From assembly GCF_001194135.2 (NCBI RefSeq), contig NC_068981.1, forward strand, positions 52,679,225-52,743,224: a stretch of DNA of 64,000 bases, given 5' to 3'. The notes under the pieces were generated by a model that was given only the letters and a program-made list of their open reading frames with translations, was not told where the DNA came from and made no database searches. Source of the stretch: Octopus bimaculoides. Lineage: Eukaryota. The translations under genes were made by a program, and so were the position numbers. This document shows, in pieces, positions 38,550 through 50,318 of the stretch; position 1 is the stretch's first letter; each line of letters begins with the position of its first letter.

Positions 38550-39809
38550 CTGGGTTGTCAGATAAATTTGTTAATTCTTTTCTATTTTAATCTTTATTTT
38601 TCATCAACAATTTTAACAAATTAGTCAGTAATATATTCTCCTTCAAAATGTCCATGACATTTTGTCAATGTTCCATTGTCTTGCCACTGATGGTTGAAAT
38701 CACCAGGTCTTGACTTGAAGAATTCATCAAGCCATGTTTTCAGCTCCATGTCATTGTTGAGCAAAACACCTCACAGAGTCTTGGGGAATAACCAATAAAA
38801 ACAATAAACTGAAGGCACTATATCAAGAAAATATAGTAGATGCAGTAGAATCTTAAATAACATGTTTGGTCAAATTAGCGATGTAGCAGTGAGTGTTGTC
38901 ATATCAAAGAAGCATGCCATGTTGCTAGATGAGTTGTTTCAGCTGGATTGCCTTGTTGAGCCTGTGCATTTACTTATAATAAAGCTGTGCATTCATTGTG
39001 TGGTTATTTTCAAGGATTTTGATGCGGATTAGGCCTTTCTAATCCCACCAACACAGATCTTTGTCATGCATGAATGTAGTTCTGGCTTGGCTCGAGGCGC
39101 TGCTTACACGCTGGAACTCAGCCAGTCTTTCTTCAGCTTCTTATTTACATGAAGATACCATTTTACATTTCTACCAATGATGCAGCAAAGAAATCTCTCT
39201 TTGTGTCTATGAGTAACCAGGTGTTGAGCAAGTAAACTGATGGTGATAAAGGAGCACTGGAAATTGTCTCTTTCATTCAGGGTATGTGACACCCATGCAC
39301 TGAGACACTGGATCTGACTCATTAAGTGAAGGTGATGGGTGATGATTTCATGAGAGCAGCTTATCTGGTGGGCCAATTCCTTAGTGAACTGGTACAGATC
39401 CTTGTGGACAAGCTCATTCAATCGATTCTCATTAGACTGGACAAATAGGCTAGAATGAGAAGAGTCTGATAGACTGAATTTCCTCTCCTCAAAGTGTGCA
39501 AACCATTTCTGTGCAGTTCCTTCAGTAATAATGCCTCCAAAGACAGTACAAATGTCTTGAGCTACTTTGGAAGCTTTGGAACCCATATTGAAAACAAAGA
39601 GAAGATGTTGCAAATGCTAATTTTTTTTTTTACATGACAGTCCATTGTTATATGTCTGAAAAGAGGCAAAATTTATTTGAACTTCAAAAATGATAAACCA
39701 AAGTTTAAGTGGAAAAATAAAAACCCCATAAAATTCTACAATAAGAATATATTTTGTGTTAATTCAAATAACATTGGAAATAAATAAATGAATTTATCTG
39801 ACCACCCAG
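38550..39809 (-). mobile_element. Full-length (1260 bp) decayed mariner transposon
   Basis: TIRs CTGGGTTGTCAGATAAATT / rc CTGGGTGGTCAGATAAATT, each flanked by TA. ORF 39104..39613 has mariner HTH motifs (AQKWF, SAWVSHTL linker). The C-terminus reads ...EGEYITD*. Confidence 0.9.
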
Positions 39810-40724
39810 TATGTATCTATATATTAATGTTTGTTTCTGTGTCAAGTTATATATGAAAAAATTCAACATCAAAGTGAAGGATTACTCAATACTTTTTATT
39901 TGAGGGCATGTTTATTAAACTTTTACAAAGAAGTGGTTGACAGTGACTTTAAAGTTTCAGCTTGTTCCCTTTATCAAACTCTGCTATAATTGGGTTCTTC
40001 TTGGTTATATATAGTCATTGACAGTTTCTTTTTTTGTGGATAGGTAGAGCTATGTGAAATGTTAATTAGGTGTGGTATAACCAGGTCAGAGAAGCAGTAT
40101 TGTAGGATGAAAAGGTAGAGGTGAATATGTGTTTGTAGGACATGAGTTGATAGAAAGCTATTGTGAGGAGACTATATTTGGTTTGATGTAGGAATTGTGT
40201 TCTTGTTTAGGGCTCAGTTAAGTGTGGATGCAATTGAGTAAATAGATGTGTCAAATTCAGGTCACAACATTCTTTGCATAGAAAGTGAGGTTTTGTTGTG
40301 TTTTAGGGTTCACAAGAAAATGCTTGTAGATGAATTTGTTGGTCACTCAGCACATGTCAGACTAAGACTAGATTGGTTTTATCAGATTTTTAAAAGAAAT
40401 TTTTAACTGTGTGTTTTGTGAAGGTTAGCATTAAAAGAGTACCTTGTAGTTTAGTTGTAGTCTGCCCTTGGGCAGGTCCTGTGCATGTGAGCCTTCTCCA
40501 GCACTCCCTATGCAATCTGGGAGGGCCCATACCCTCCCCTGCTGTCATTAAGTAGATTACTGGAATGTTGGCTACAATGACTAGACTTGAGATGAATAGT
40601 GGAGTGGTTTTCTGTTGCCTCCTCCAGGCCAGTGGGATTTGAACTCAGAATGTAGAGAGCTTGAAGATATCTGTAAAGCATTTCTGTGATGCACCAATGA
40701 TTCTGGTACTTTCTCATCAGCAGA

Positions 40725-40845
40725 GCAATGTGAAATGAAGTGTTTTAATCAAGAACACAATGTGCTGGCCAGTTTGGGAATCAAACCTATGATTGCTAGA
40801 TCATGAGTATAATACCCTAGCTATTATGTCACACACTCTCACATT
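40725..40845 (-). mobile_element. Head of a third tRNA-derived SINE type, decayed
   Basis: Minus strand: gtgtgacataatagctagggt...ataggtttgattccc...ttgtgttcttgattaaaacacttcatttcac. Confidence 0.5.
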
Positions 40846-42481
40846 GAAAAACTATATAACTATAAATATTGTATAATTTGGTTGGTCCCTTGAGACAATC
40901 TGCACACCTTTTTTCTGTTATTTCCAAGGTTGTTTCTTGTGATGACTATTTTCTACATATTAGATTATGTCATATCAATACTATGGACTTACTTTCTACC
41001 TCTTCCTAGAGTCTACCTGTTTATATTCCAACAATTAAGAACTTCCTATAGTGGAAACTTTTATTGACCTCCTGCAATTTATACTCCTCTATGCATTTGT
41101 TTATCTCTATATTTGCTCTAAATATGTCATAATCTGACTGATACCTGTTGTTTGTCTGCATATACTTTTGTTCTATTATACATACATATGTGTGTGCGTA
41201 TAAATATATATATGTAAATACATTTTGTATAATTCGGGTGCAAACCTTGTCACATGCATTTAAGAGCCCTTATGTCATTATTTGGCTACCACATGGTATC
41301 GTACAGCAGGGTATATTCCTGGGCTGGAATCAACTAGAGCGGATGAATGAAATGTACAGTGTATACTCAGAGTATTCAGAAGAATCCACCAGGAACTAAT
41401 CGTATTCCACCTGATGAAACACCCACACATGGCTGTTACTGAACAGTATTCAACTGTATAATTATTAAAAAGAACAAACTGTTTACGTCTCTTTTATTTA
41501 CACTCTTTTATTTTGACAAATATATAATCATGTAAGTCCAGTCTGTATGTAAGCTTGAGATAGACTAACTTGTGTGCGAGTTCATATAAATGTACACACA
41601 TACATATGTGTGTGTGTGTATGTGTAAGTATGTATGCACACATACATGTACATATGCTTGCTTACATATATATATATATATATGGCATCTATTAAATATA
41701 GATATATATCTTTATAAGAGTAAGATAACAATTGAAAGTTTATTTACATTACAAAATTTTGCCTTTTAAATGTTAGTGGCTAGGATTCAACATTTCTTAT
41801 TTTGTTATATTCACAGAGCAGAATAAATCACATATCTACTTTACTAAGTAGTTGTAAGTGGGTGAAATTTTGCAACATCCTTTCAATTGGCCATGAAACT
41901 GACATAGCATACATCCGTTTTTGCGAAATGTCTTTCTCTCATTTTTCAGTCCTTGAATTTCTGTCTACAAACTCTATCTTTCTGTTCTTCATCTTTTTAT
42001 TATTATTTGTTAAAAAACCTTTATTATTTTGTGTAATATTCTTGAAATGTTTGAAATAAGAAATAAACATACTAACATATTACCATCTTATAATTTTATT
42101 AATGGCAGACAGATATACTTTCCTTTGATATTTGCAAAATAGTAACCTACATACAAACTGTTTGTATTTAAACAGATGTCAGTTCATGTTCCCATCCTAT
42201 GTCACTTAAAGTCATATTTTTTTTGTTGATTTTGTTTTGTCTCTTGCAAAAGTGTAATTTGTTTACAATATCATAAATCACATTTTGCTATTGCTGTAAA
42301 TATTTTGTGGAAATATTGCTTCATAAAAGTGGAAATATTGTTTCATAGAAGTCTTTGAAAATGAAAGAAAGACACCATTTATTATTTTGATAGACGAACA
42401 AATACAAAAGAATCATTGAAGAATTTCACTTTGCATTAATAATTATTTTAGTCAGAAAGATGTGTCATAGAAATAAGCAGT

Positions 42482-42851
42482 TTAACCCTTTAGCATTTAA
42501 ACCATAGGAAGGGCATCCAGCTGTAGAAACTCTGCCAAATTAGATTGGAGCCTGGTGTTGCCATCTGGTTTCACCAGTCCTCAGTCAAATCGTCCAACCC
42601 ATGCTAGCATGGAAAGCGGACGTTAAACGATGATGATAATGATGATGATGATATCTGGTCAAAGTATTCTATCTGTTTTATGTGCAAACTAGCTAATCAA
42701 GCCTCTCACACCTACCGTACACTTTTATTCTCAAAATAAATGATCACACATCAAGATTTCAAAGCTACAAGATAATGCATGATTAATTCAAAACAATGTT
42801 GACTGAAAAAGCATTACATTTAACTGAATAATCTGAATGCTATTGGATTAA
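42482..42851. mobile_element. TTAA-flanked (piggyBac-like) MITE, decayed, hosting the RTE tail
   Basis: TTAA-CCCTTTAGCATTT at the left and degenerate GAATGCTATTGGA-TTAA at the right. Other TTAA-ended elements at about 48592-48740 and 51895-52116 are homologous to each other. Confidence 0.5.
42505..42652 (+). mobile_element. Young 5'-truncated RTE tail
   Basis: About 3 mismatches in 126 nt to the reverse complement of 29181-29306; ends in (GAT)n. Confidence 0.88.
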
Positions 42852-43670
42852 CCCAGTGCAGTCAGTTATGTACCTATTAGGTTAGTATTTAACCCTAATT
42901 TCTGTAGCGTTAAACAAATAGAAACAGATCTCTTTTCACAATCCTGTCTATTTCTAGCAGCTAGGTGAACTGAGACAGAAAAAAAAAAAACAAAAAAAAA
43001 CAAACAAACTTAGAAGCCAACAACTTGTACCATATACAATTTGCCAGTTTGCCTCTAATCCAGAAGAGGAAAGCCTCTTGAATCTGTTTTGACAAAATGG
43101 GTTTTCCAGTTACTTGATGATCAGAACTATCAGCTCATTGAATTATTGTGTTGATGACTGAATACTCCACCATCACGTGTACTTTCCATGTAAGCTTCGG
43201 CATAAATTTGACATTTGCACTGCTTCGTTCAATTCAAACTCATAGGTATGGGTCAAAGCAAGGCTATGATAAAATACACTTGCCTAAGGTGCTATTCTCT
43301 TTATTGTCATTTACTTTTTGAGATTTATTTATATTTTGGCAACAACCAGTAACTTGTAACTTATCCTCCTAGCTGGTCTGATTCCTTTCCAGAATGTCAA
43401 AATTAATTTGGTGGTTTTAATATTAAGTAACTATTTTAGAGTTACAACACAATTTTTCTGGATTAGATACAGTTGTTTAGTTTCAATTAGCTTGGAGATG
43501 ACATACAAGAGAAAAATAAACTGATTAAAATACTTAGAACCAAGCTGTAGATTCATTACATGGAACATGAGGACACTTGAGGATAGGTGTTAGTTGTATG
43601 ACAACACAAGTAACTGAGTCATTAGAATGGAATATATGGATATTAGATGACTGGTATGTTAATATTACAA

Positions 43671-43890
43671 AGGTGATGAGCTGGCAGAATCATTAGTACA
43701 CTGGGAAAAATGCTTAGTGGCATTTCATCCATCTTTACATTCCAAGTTCAAATTCTTTTGAGGTCGACTTTGCCTTTTATCCTTTCGGGAGTGATAAAAT
43801 AAGTACCAGTTGAACACTGAGGTCAATGCAATCAATTCACATGCTCCCTTGAAGCTGTTGGCCTTGTGTGCCAAAATGTGAAATCAATAT
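43671..43890 (+). mobile_element. SINE family A
   Basis: aggtgatgagctggcagaatc...gaggtcgactttgccttttatcctttcggg...aagtaccag. Confidence 0.85.
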
Positions 43891-44424
43891 TATAACAGTA
43901 CAGGTAACTGAGTTAGTAGAGTAAGCGACACTCATTTAAAAGATTCCTGGTTTATATATTTCATAGAAACCAAACTTTCAGAAGTCTAGTCCATTTTTTT
44001 TCTAAGTGGTTTTTGCAGGTTGTATAATTCACTACCATAGTTACTGAAATTAATGAGTATTTTATTGGCTTACAATGCTAAATTAAAGTTCTTCAGCATC
44101 CTATTTTGAAAGATGATTATCTTCTTAACATTATGAAGACAGAAGATAAGAACTGGTCTTAAAAAGTTTTAGTATCTGAGCTTGTTGGCCAAACTAATTA
44201 ATGTTCTAGGCTTGGTCATTTTGTTTTTATAGAAGATATTTTGTCTTAAACTTGAGGAATATGGTTCGCATGTTAAAGATGGTAACAATTTTTTTGATAG
44301 TGATTTGATTACTATTCTTAAGTCCAGTGTTTATCAAGAAGCTCACACTCTGCTGTATTTCGGTCAGTTATTCTATATTCTAATATCTATTAAACATGGG
44401 AAGCATTTTGTTTTCTAGGTAGGA

Positions 44425-44568
44425 CACTATTTGGTTCAGTCCACTGTGCAGCACTTTGGACAAGTGTCTTCTACTAGAGCTCCAGAAAAACCAAAAACTT
44501 GTGAGTGGATTTGGAAGACAGAAACTGAAAGAAACCTGTCATATACACGCGCGCGCGCGCGCGCGTGC

Positions 44569-44625
<57 letters not shown>

Positions 44626-44885
44626 CGTGCGTGTGTGTGCAAGCATGTTCTTGTCTTGACATTGTGTGAACCCTGTAATTGAGTGTCACTGTAATACTAG
44701 AAATGTCATTTATTTCCAATATTCTGTGAAAACATGTTTGGCCATGGGGCAATATTATCTTGCATAAGAACAGGTGAGGGTTGGCAACAGGAAGGGCATC
44801 TGGTTGTAGAAAATCTGCCTAAATAAAGTCCATCTGATCCATACAAACATGAAAAGGGCATTAAAATGATGATGATGATGATGAT
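44425..44885 (+). mobile_element. Composite SINE: family B head + (TG)n + distinct central domain + RTE-type tail
   Basis: B head to gaaactgaaagaaacctgtc, then ttgtcttgacattgtgtg...ggttggcaacaggaagggcatctggttgtagaaaatctgcc...(gat)n. The same 3' part occurs at 15775-16025 and, reversed, at 48765-48965. Confidence 0.8.
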
Positions 44886-45142
44886 GCTGATGCTAAAGGT
44901 GGAATCCCAGACACTTTCCTTCTCTGAACATAGCTATAACCATTACACCCTAAAGACAAAATTATAAGCTTACATAAAAAATATAAAAACCTCTTAAAAG
45001 TGATAGTGGAAAAATTGTTTGGTGTATATTTTGATAATGTATATTGGTCTGTGAATGCTTGTTAGTATATATGTAAAATGCAACATCTCAAATATATGCT
45101 GCATAAGATATTGAAAATTCTTGATGTGTACCTTGCTTGCAC

Positions 45143-45173
<31 letters not shown>

Positions 45174-45780
45174 TACTGAGTGGAATCAGCTGCTGAGATG
45201 TTTCATTTGTTTATATTTCAACATGACTTCTACAGTGAAGCTTTTCAACTGTTATTTTTCTAAGGAAGTAGATGTTCTTGTTTACCAGTTTATACAACTT
45301 TCATTATAAGATACAGATGTTACATAAATCAAGGAAGCTTCAATATTTTTGGTGAATAGATGCGGGGGATAAATAAATAAATGATAAATAAGGGTTGAGA
45401 TGTTTTTAGTGAAAAAACGCACCAGGTTAAAATGTCAGTAATGGAACAAGTAAGTTACTGCAGTTGTTTTGTTCCAGGTAAATCCAGATAATACAATTAT
45501 GATCAGAGACATTCCAAGTGTGGCTATCCCATCTGTTTTTCTTGTTTATCTAGGACTACATTACCAACTGCATTCTTCCTCATTAAGTCAGTAAGGAATG
45601 ATTCAAGAGAGATTTGGCTGCTGTTTCTAATAGGTTAAGCAACCTCATAGCAGTGATTTGGGAAAACTATTTGGGAATGAGTGGATATCCATTTGTTTAG
45701 AGATTCTTGATTTGAAAAGATGGTATTTGAATAGAAATCATTTACATCTGTGAAAATTCTAATTATTATTCTGTAAATAT

Positions 45781-45990
45781 AAGGTGGTAAACTGGCAGAA
45801 TTCTTAGTATACTGGATGAAATGCTTAGCGGTATTTCGTCTTTTACATTCTGAGTTCAAATTCTGCCAAGGTCGACTTTACCTTTCATCCTTTCGGGGTT
45901 GATAAACTAGGTACCAGTCAAGTACTGGGGTCAATGTAATCAACTAACCCCTTCCCCAAAATTTTCAGGCCTTGTGCCTATAGTAGAAAG
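45781..45990 (+). mobile_element. SINE family A
   Basis: Near-consensus copy. Confidence 0.88.
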
Positions 45991-46272
45991 GATTATTCTG
46001 TAAATGTAAGACTTGTGAAAGTGGTTGTATCAAGTACACAATTCTTGATATGCAGATAGATACTTTTAGGGATTCAGCTCAAAATTATGAAGCTGAGGTA
46101 ATCAGTGCCAACATATTTATTATGGTTAAGGCAAAATCAAGTTTAAAGGATCTAACATGCTGGAATGTAAAAAAAATACTGATACACATGATTGTAGAAA
46201 GAAAATGTTATTAATATTTTTCCTTAAGTCCAGTGTTAGTGTTCAGCCTGTGCTAAACCTGTTTTCATAGAA

Positions 46273-46485
46273 AGTGGTGAGCTGCCAGAATTGTTAGCAT
46301 GCTGGGCAAAATGCTTAGCAACATTTCGTCCATCTTCATGTTCTGAGTTCAAATTCCACTGTGGTTGATTTTGCTTTTCATACTTTCGGGATTGATAAAA
46401 TAAGTACCAGTTGAACACTGGGGTTCATGTAATTGATGTACCCCTCCCCGAAATTGCCAGCCTTGTGCCAAAATTTAAAACTAAT
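46273..46485 (+). mobile_element. SINE family A
   Basis: Colinear with 45781-45990. Confidence 0.85.
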
Positions 46486-46599
46486 ATTTGTCCCAAAGTC
46501 AGAACTAATTCACAGCCTTATGATCAAAGGCGTTCCAACTGTGACCAACTAACCTTTGTTTCTGGAATGTATCTAAGTCATTATCCAATGTGTCTGCTG

Positions 46600-46900
46600 G
46601 TTGTGTATGAACTGCAATGCTGCATGATAGTGAGACTTGGGCATTGAAGGCAGAGAATGTGCAAAGGGTGGAAAAAAGATAAGCAAGGATAATCCACTGG
46701 ATGTGATGTTAATATGTAGGAATGATGAGGTGCAGATGAGTTGAGAGATAAAACCAAGTATAAGAGAAAGCAGTTGTAGCATACAAGAAAGATGATGGCT
46801 TTGGTATAGACATGTGTGTAGTTGATGGCTGATGGTTAAAGAACAAGAGATCTATGTAGAAGGAAGCAATGGAAGAGGAAGACTAAGGAAGATATGGAAA
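46600..46900 (+). mobile_element. RTE ORF fragment
   Basis: TAMLHDSETWALKAENVQRVE...IQER..LWYRHV...GRGRLRKIW. Confidence 0.75.
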
Positions 46901-48764
46901 GAAGGGGTGTAAGCAATTTCATAATACTGAACTACAGAGATGACAAAAGAACACAGGTGGTGATGCTGTGTGGGAGAAGACTTACCCAATTCATGCAAAC
47001 ATGGAAAATAGGACATAAAATGATGATGATAATAGAGAGTGATTTGAGGGACATTTTACTACTATTTATAGGCACATTCAGTGTTTCTATTCCCAAAGAT
47101 ATTGAATTATAGAAATTCTTCCATACATAACCTTTGAATATTTATCCTTTTCTTTTATTCTATCCATCTATAATTGAATGAGCCAATAATAGGCAGCTTT
47201 TGGTTATTTGTTTGACTGACTGGAAATACAATCAAATCTCTCAATCAAAATAAAGGGAACTCTTTAGTCCTTCCACAAACAGACAACCTCACTAGTGCTT
47301 GTGGCACCCAGTACATCCTGTAAAGTGTCAACCATAGAAACTGTGCCCAAAACTGAATGGATGACTAAGATGTAGACTCCACAAATAGCATCACAAGATA
47401 GCTGAAAACTCTCTATGAAGAGTGCAACCTATAAAAACTGATAACAAATAGAGAGGACTCTTAAATTCTGCTGCAGACATCCTCCCCAACACCAGTAATA
47501 CAATAAAATGTATTCAATCCACACTGCAAGACATATACAACAACTAAGTTGGCAGATTTTCTCAGTTGTTGTTTATATGCTTGATCAGGACAAGATACAT
47601 TCCATCCAACCCATGCTGGCATAGAACAAGAACAGATGTAAAATGATGATGAATAATGATGTAAGGAGCAGCAAATAGATAGTCATGAGTTCGAATATTA
47701 CTACAGCAATCATTGTGCTCTTTAACTAAATTGGACACAGTATGACTTGTGAGGTACAAGAAAAAAAATTACTTCAACAACAAACAATAAACTGCAGGAG
47801 AAAACAAAGAACCCTGGAATAATTTCTAGATCAAAAAATGACTGGATAAACTTACTATGATTAATAAATAGATTGAGTTGTTGTACACTAATCATTGCTT
47901 AGAAGAGTTTCAGTAACTAGATGCAGGACTAAGTGGAATGTTTTATTTATTTCAACCCATTTGTAACCATATTTCAAAATATACAGTCTCTGTATTTGAT
48001 GAATTCTTTTTTTATCCTCAGTCCAGTATTTAGAACTTCACTTAATAAAAGGTTCTTATATAAAATCTAGATGGAAGTCTTGAGTTTAAATATGAACAGT
48101 TGAAAATCAGAAGTTTTGTATCATGACCAGAGAGTTGTTATCAAAAGGGAGTAATATAAATCAAAATCACAGTAAGTGTTTAGAGAAAGTTTAGCCTGAC
48201 AGATTTGTCTATTGGTATCATAATTTTGTGGTATAATCTCAGATTTTGCTTCAATAAAAACATCATTCCAGATATTCTGTCATTTGAGCCTTGCAACAGG
48301 TCAATAACTACCTGTTCACTGAATACTTCTTAGGTCAGAAAAAAAAAAGAGTATCAAATCAGGATGTTCATTTCTAATGATATACCATATATAGGAATTT
48401 GATGAAGTTATTGTTACTGAGTATGAAAATTACACAAGTTGATGAGTTAGATAGCAAACCATTTAGATGTTATAATGGAACATCTAATAAGAACATCAAT
48501 ATCAAACAAGCTAACTAGGGAGCCTCTACATAGTGACTAAATCCATGAGAAACAAAAACCAAATTGCTATAAAATCATACTCTGCCATCTTAATCCTTTT
48601 GATACCAATTCACTGAAAACTTCCTCTGGTTCTATGAAATAAACTTCATGTTTTAATGAGATTTGGATTAAAGTCTTTGATCAAAATTCCATATTAACTT
48701 GTGTTCCAAACACTAGTTTATATTAATGACTAAGTTCAACACTATCATCACCATCATTTAACCG

Positions 48765-50318
48765 CACACCTTTCTATGCTTGCATGGGTTAGACGACATT
48801 TGAAACATTTTTTATGACTGCATGCCTTTCCTGTTGCCAACCCTCACCTCTTTCCAAGCAAGGTAATATTTTCTTATGGCCTGACATGTTTTACAGAGTA
48901 TTGGAAATGAATGACACTGCTTGTATGATGGCAACACTCATTTACAACTATCAACATTATGCCAAGACCACACACACACACACACACACAGGGTTAGACA
49001 AAATAATGGAAACACCTAGCATCATAATTTTGAAATATCTATAAAACCGTCAAAAGCTTGTTTATTTTCATGTTTTATTTTCATTTATTATTAGTGTTGC
49101 TTAATATGTTTTGCTAAAATTGCTGTTTCTTTTCAGATATCATCAGAAAAAGGTAACTAAAATTCATTAAAATGACAGATCTATCAGACTTTCAAATAGG
49201 TCAAATTGTTGGTGCTTGTATGGTAGGTGCTAGGATAACAAAAACAGCCAAAATGTTTGGTGTATCAAGAAGTACTGTCTCGAGAGTGATGACAGCCTTT
49301 GAGAAAAAAGGAAAAAACCTCATCAAAACAAAACTCTGGAAGAAAAACAAAACTTTCAGATAGGGACTGTCAGACTCTTATGTGAATTGTTAGAAAGGAT
49401 CACAAAAGTACAGCTCCCAAAATTGCTGCAGAGCTTAAATGACCACTTTGAGAACCCAGTTTCCACAAAAACTGTTCACTGGAAGCTGCACAAAGCCGGA
49501 TTTCCTGGGAGGGCTGCAATTAGAAAATCACTACTTTCAAAAACAAACATTGCAAAGCGTTTAGTGGAGTAAAAACCTACAGAATTGGTCCCTAGAGTAG
49601 TGGAAGAATGTTATTTTCTTGGACGAGTCATCCATTACCCTATTTCCNNNNNNNNNNGGGGGGGGGGTATATCTTGGAAATCTGCCGGCTCAATGGTTTC
49701 CTTTCATGGTAGAATTAATAGTCAAGATTATTTAAGCATTTTATCTGATTGAATTCATCCTATGGTTGTGGAACTGTTTCCAGAGGGAAACGTAATCTTT
49801 CAGGATGATAATGCACCAATTCACACAGCTAAAGTTGTTACTGAATGGCATGAGGAACATTCTAGTGAAGTTGAACACCTTATCTGGCCACCACAGTCCC
49901 CAGATCTCAATATAATTGAACATTCATGGTGCAGTTTAGAAAAATGAGTAAGGAGTCAATATCCTCCACCATTATTACTACAAGAACTGGAAATTGTTTT
50001 AGCTGAAGAATGGACAAAAATTCCTTTGGAAACAATTCAAACTTTGCATGAGTCCATCCTCATAGAATTCAAACTGTAATTACTGCCAAAGGTGGTCCCA
50101 CCCCTTATTAAAATAAATTTGTTTGAAAATTTAAGGGGTTTCCATTATTTTGTCCAACCCCTGTATATACAATGGGCTTCTGCCTACCAAATCCAAGGCT
50201 TTGTTTGGCCTGGAACTCTAGTAGAAGACACCTGCCCAAGATGTCATGCAGTGCAACTAAACCTGGAACCATGTAGTTGGGAAGCATATTTCTTATCACA
50301 CAGCCATACCTGTGCCTA
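48765..50318 (-). mobile_element. Composite SINE split by the DD36E Tc1 insertion
   Basis: Tail and domain at 48765-48988, B head at 50166-50318, with the Tc1 element inserted in its CA/TA microsatellite. Confidence 0.78.
48989..50163 (+). mobile_element. Tc1-family DNA transposon, DD36E (Incomer-like), decayed
   Basis: TIRs CAGGGTTAGACAAAATAATGGAAACACC / rc CAGGGGTTGGACAAAATAATGGAAACCCC, with TA on the right. N-terminal HTH MTDLSDFQIGQIVG...; D1 in VIFLDES (49622); D2 in FQDDNA (49807); E in PDLNIIE (49918). Stops, frameshifts and an N gap are present. Confidence 0.92.

Noticed and set aside
41405-41450. CTGATGA as a possible hammerhead ribozyme core
   Set aside because: There is no stem II followed by GAAA and no closing stems.
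45781-45870. tRNA gene calls for SINE heads
   Set aside because: A/B-box-like heads lack a cloverleaf and continue into SINE bodies.
46160-46182. TGGAATGTAAA resembling the miR-1 5' end
   Set aside because: The remainder does not match and there is no complementary star arm upstream.
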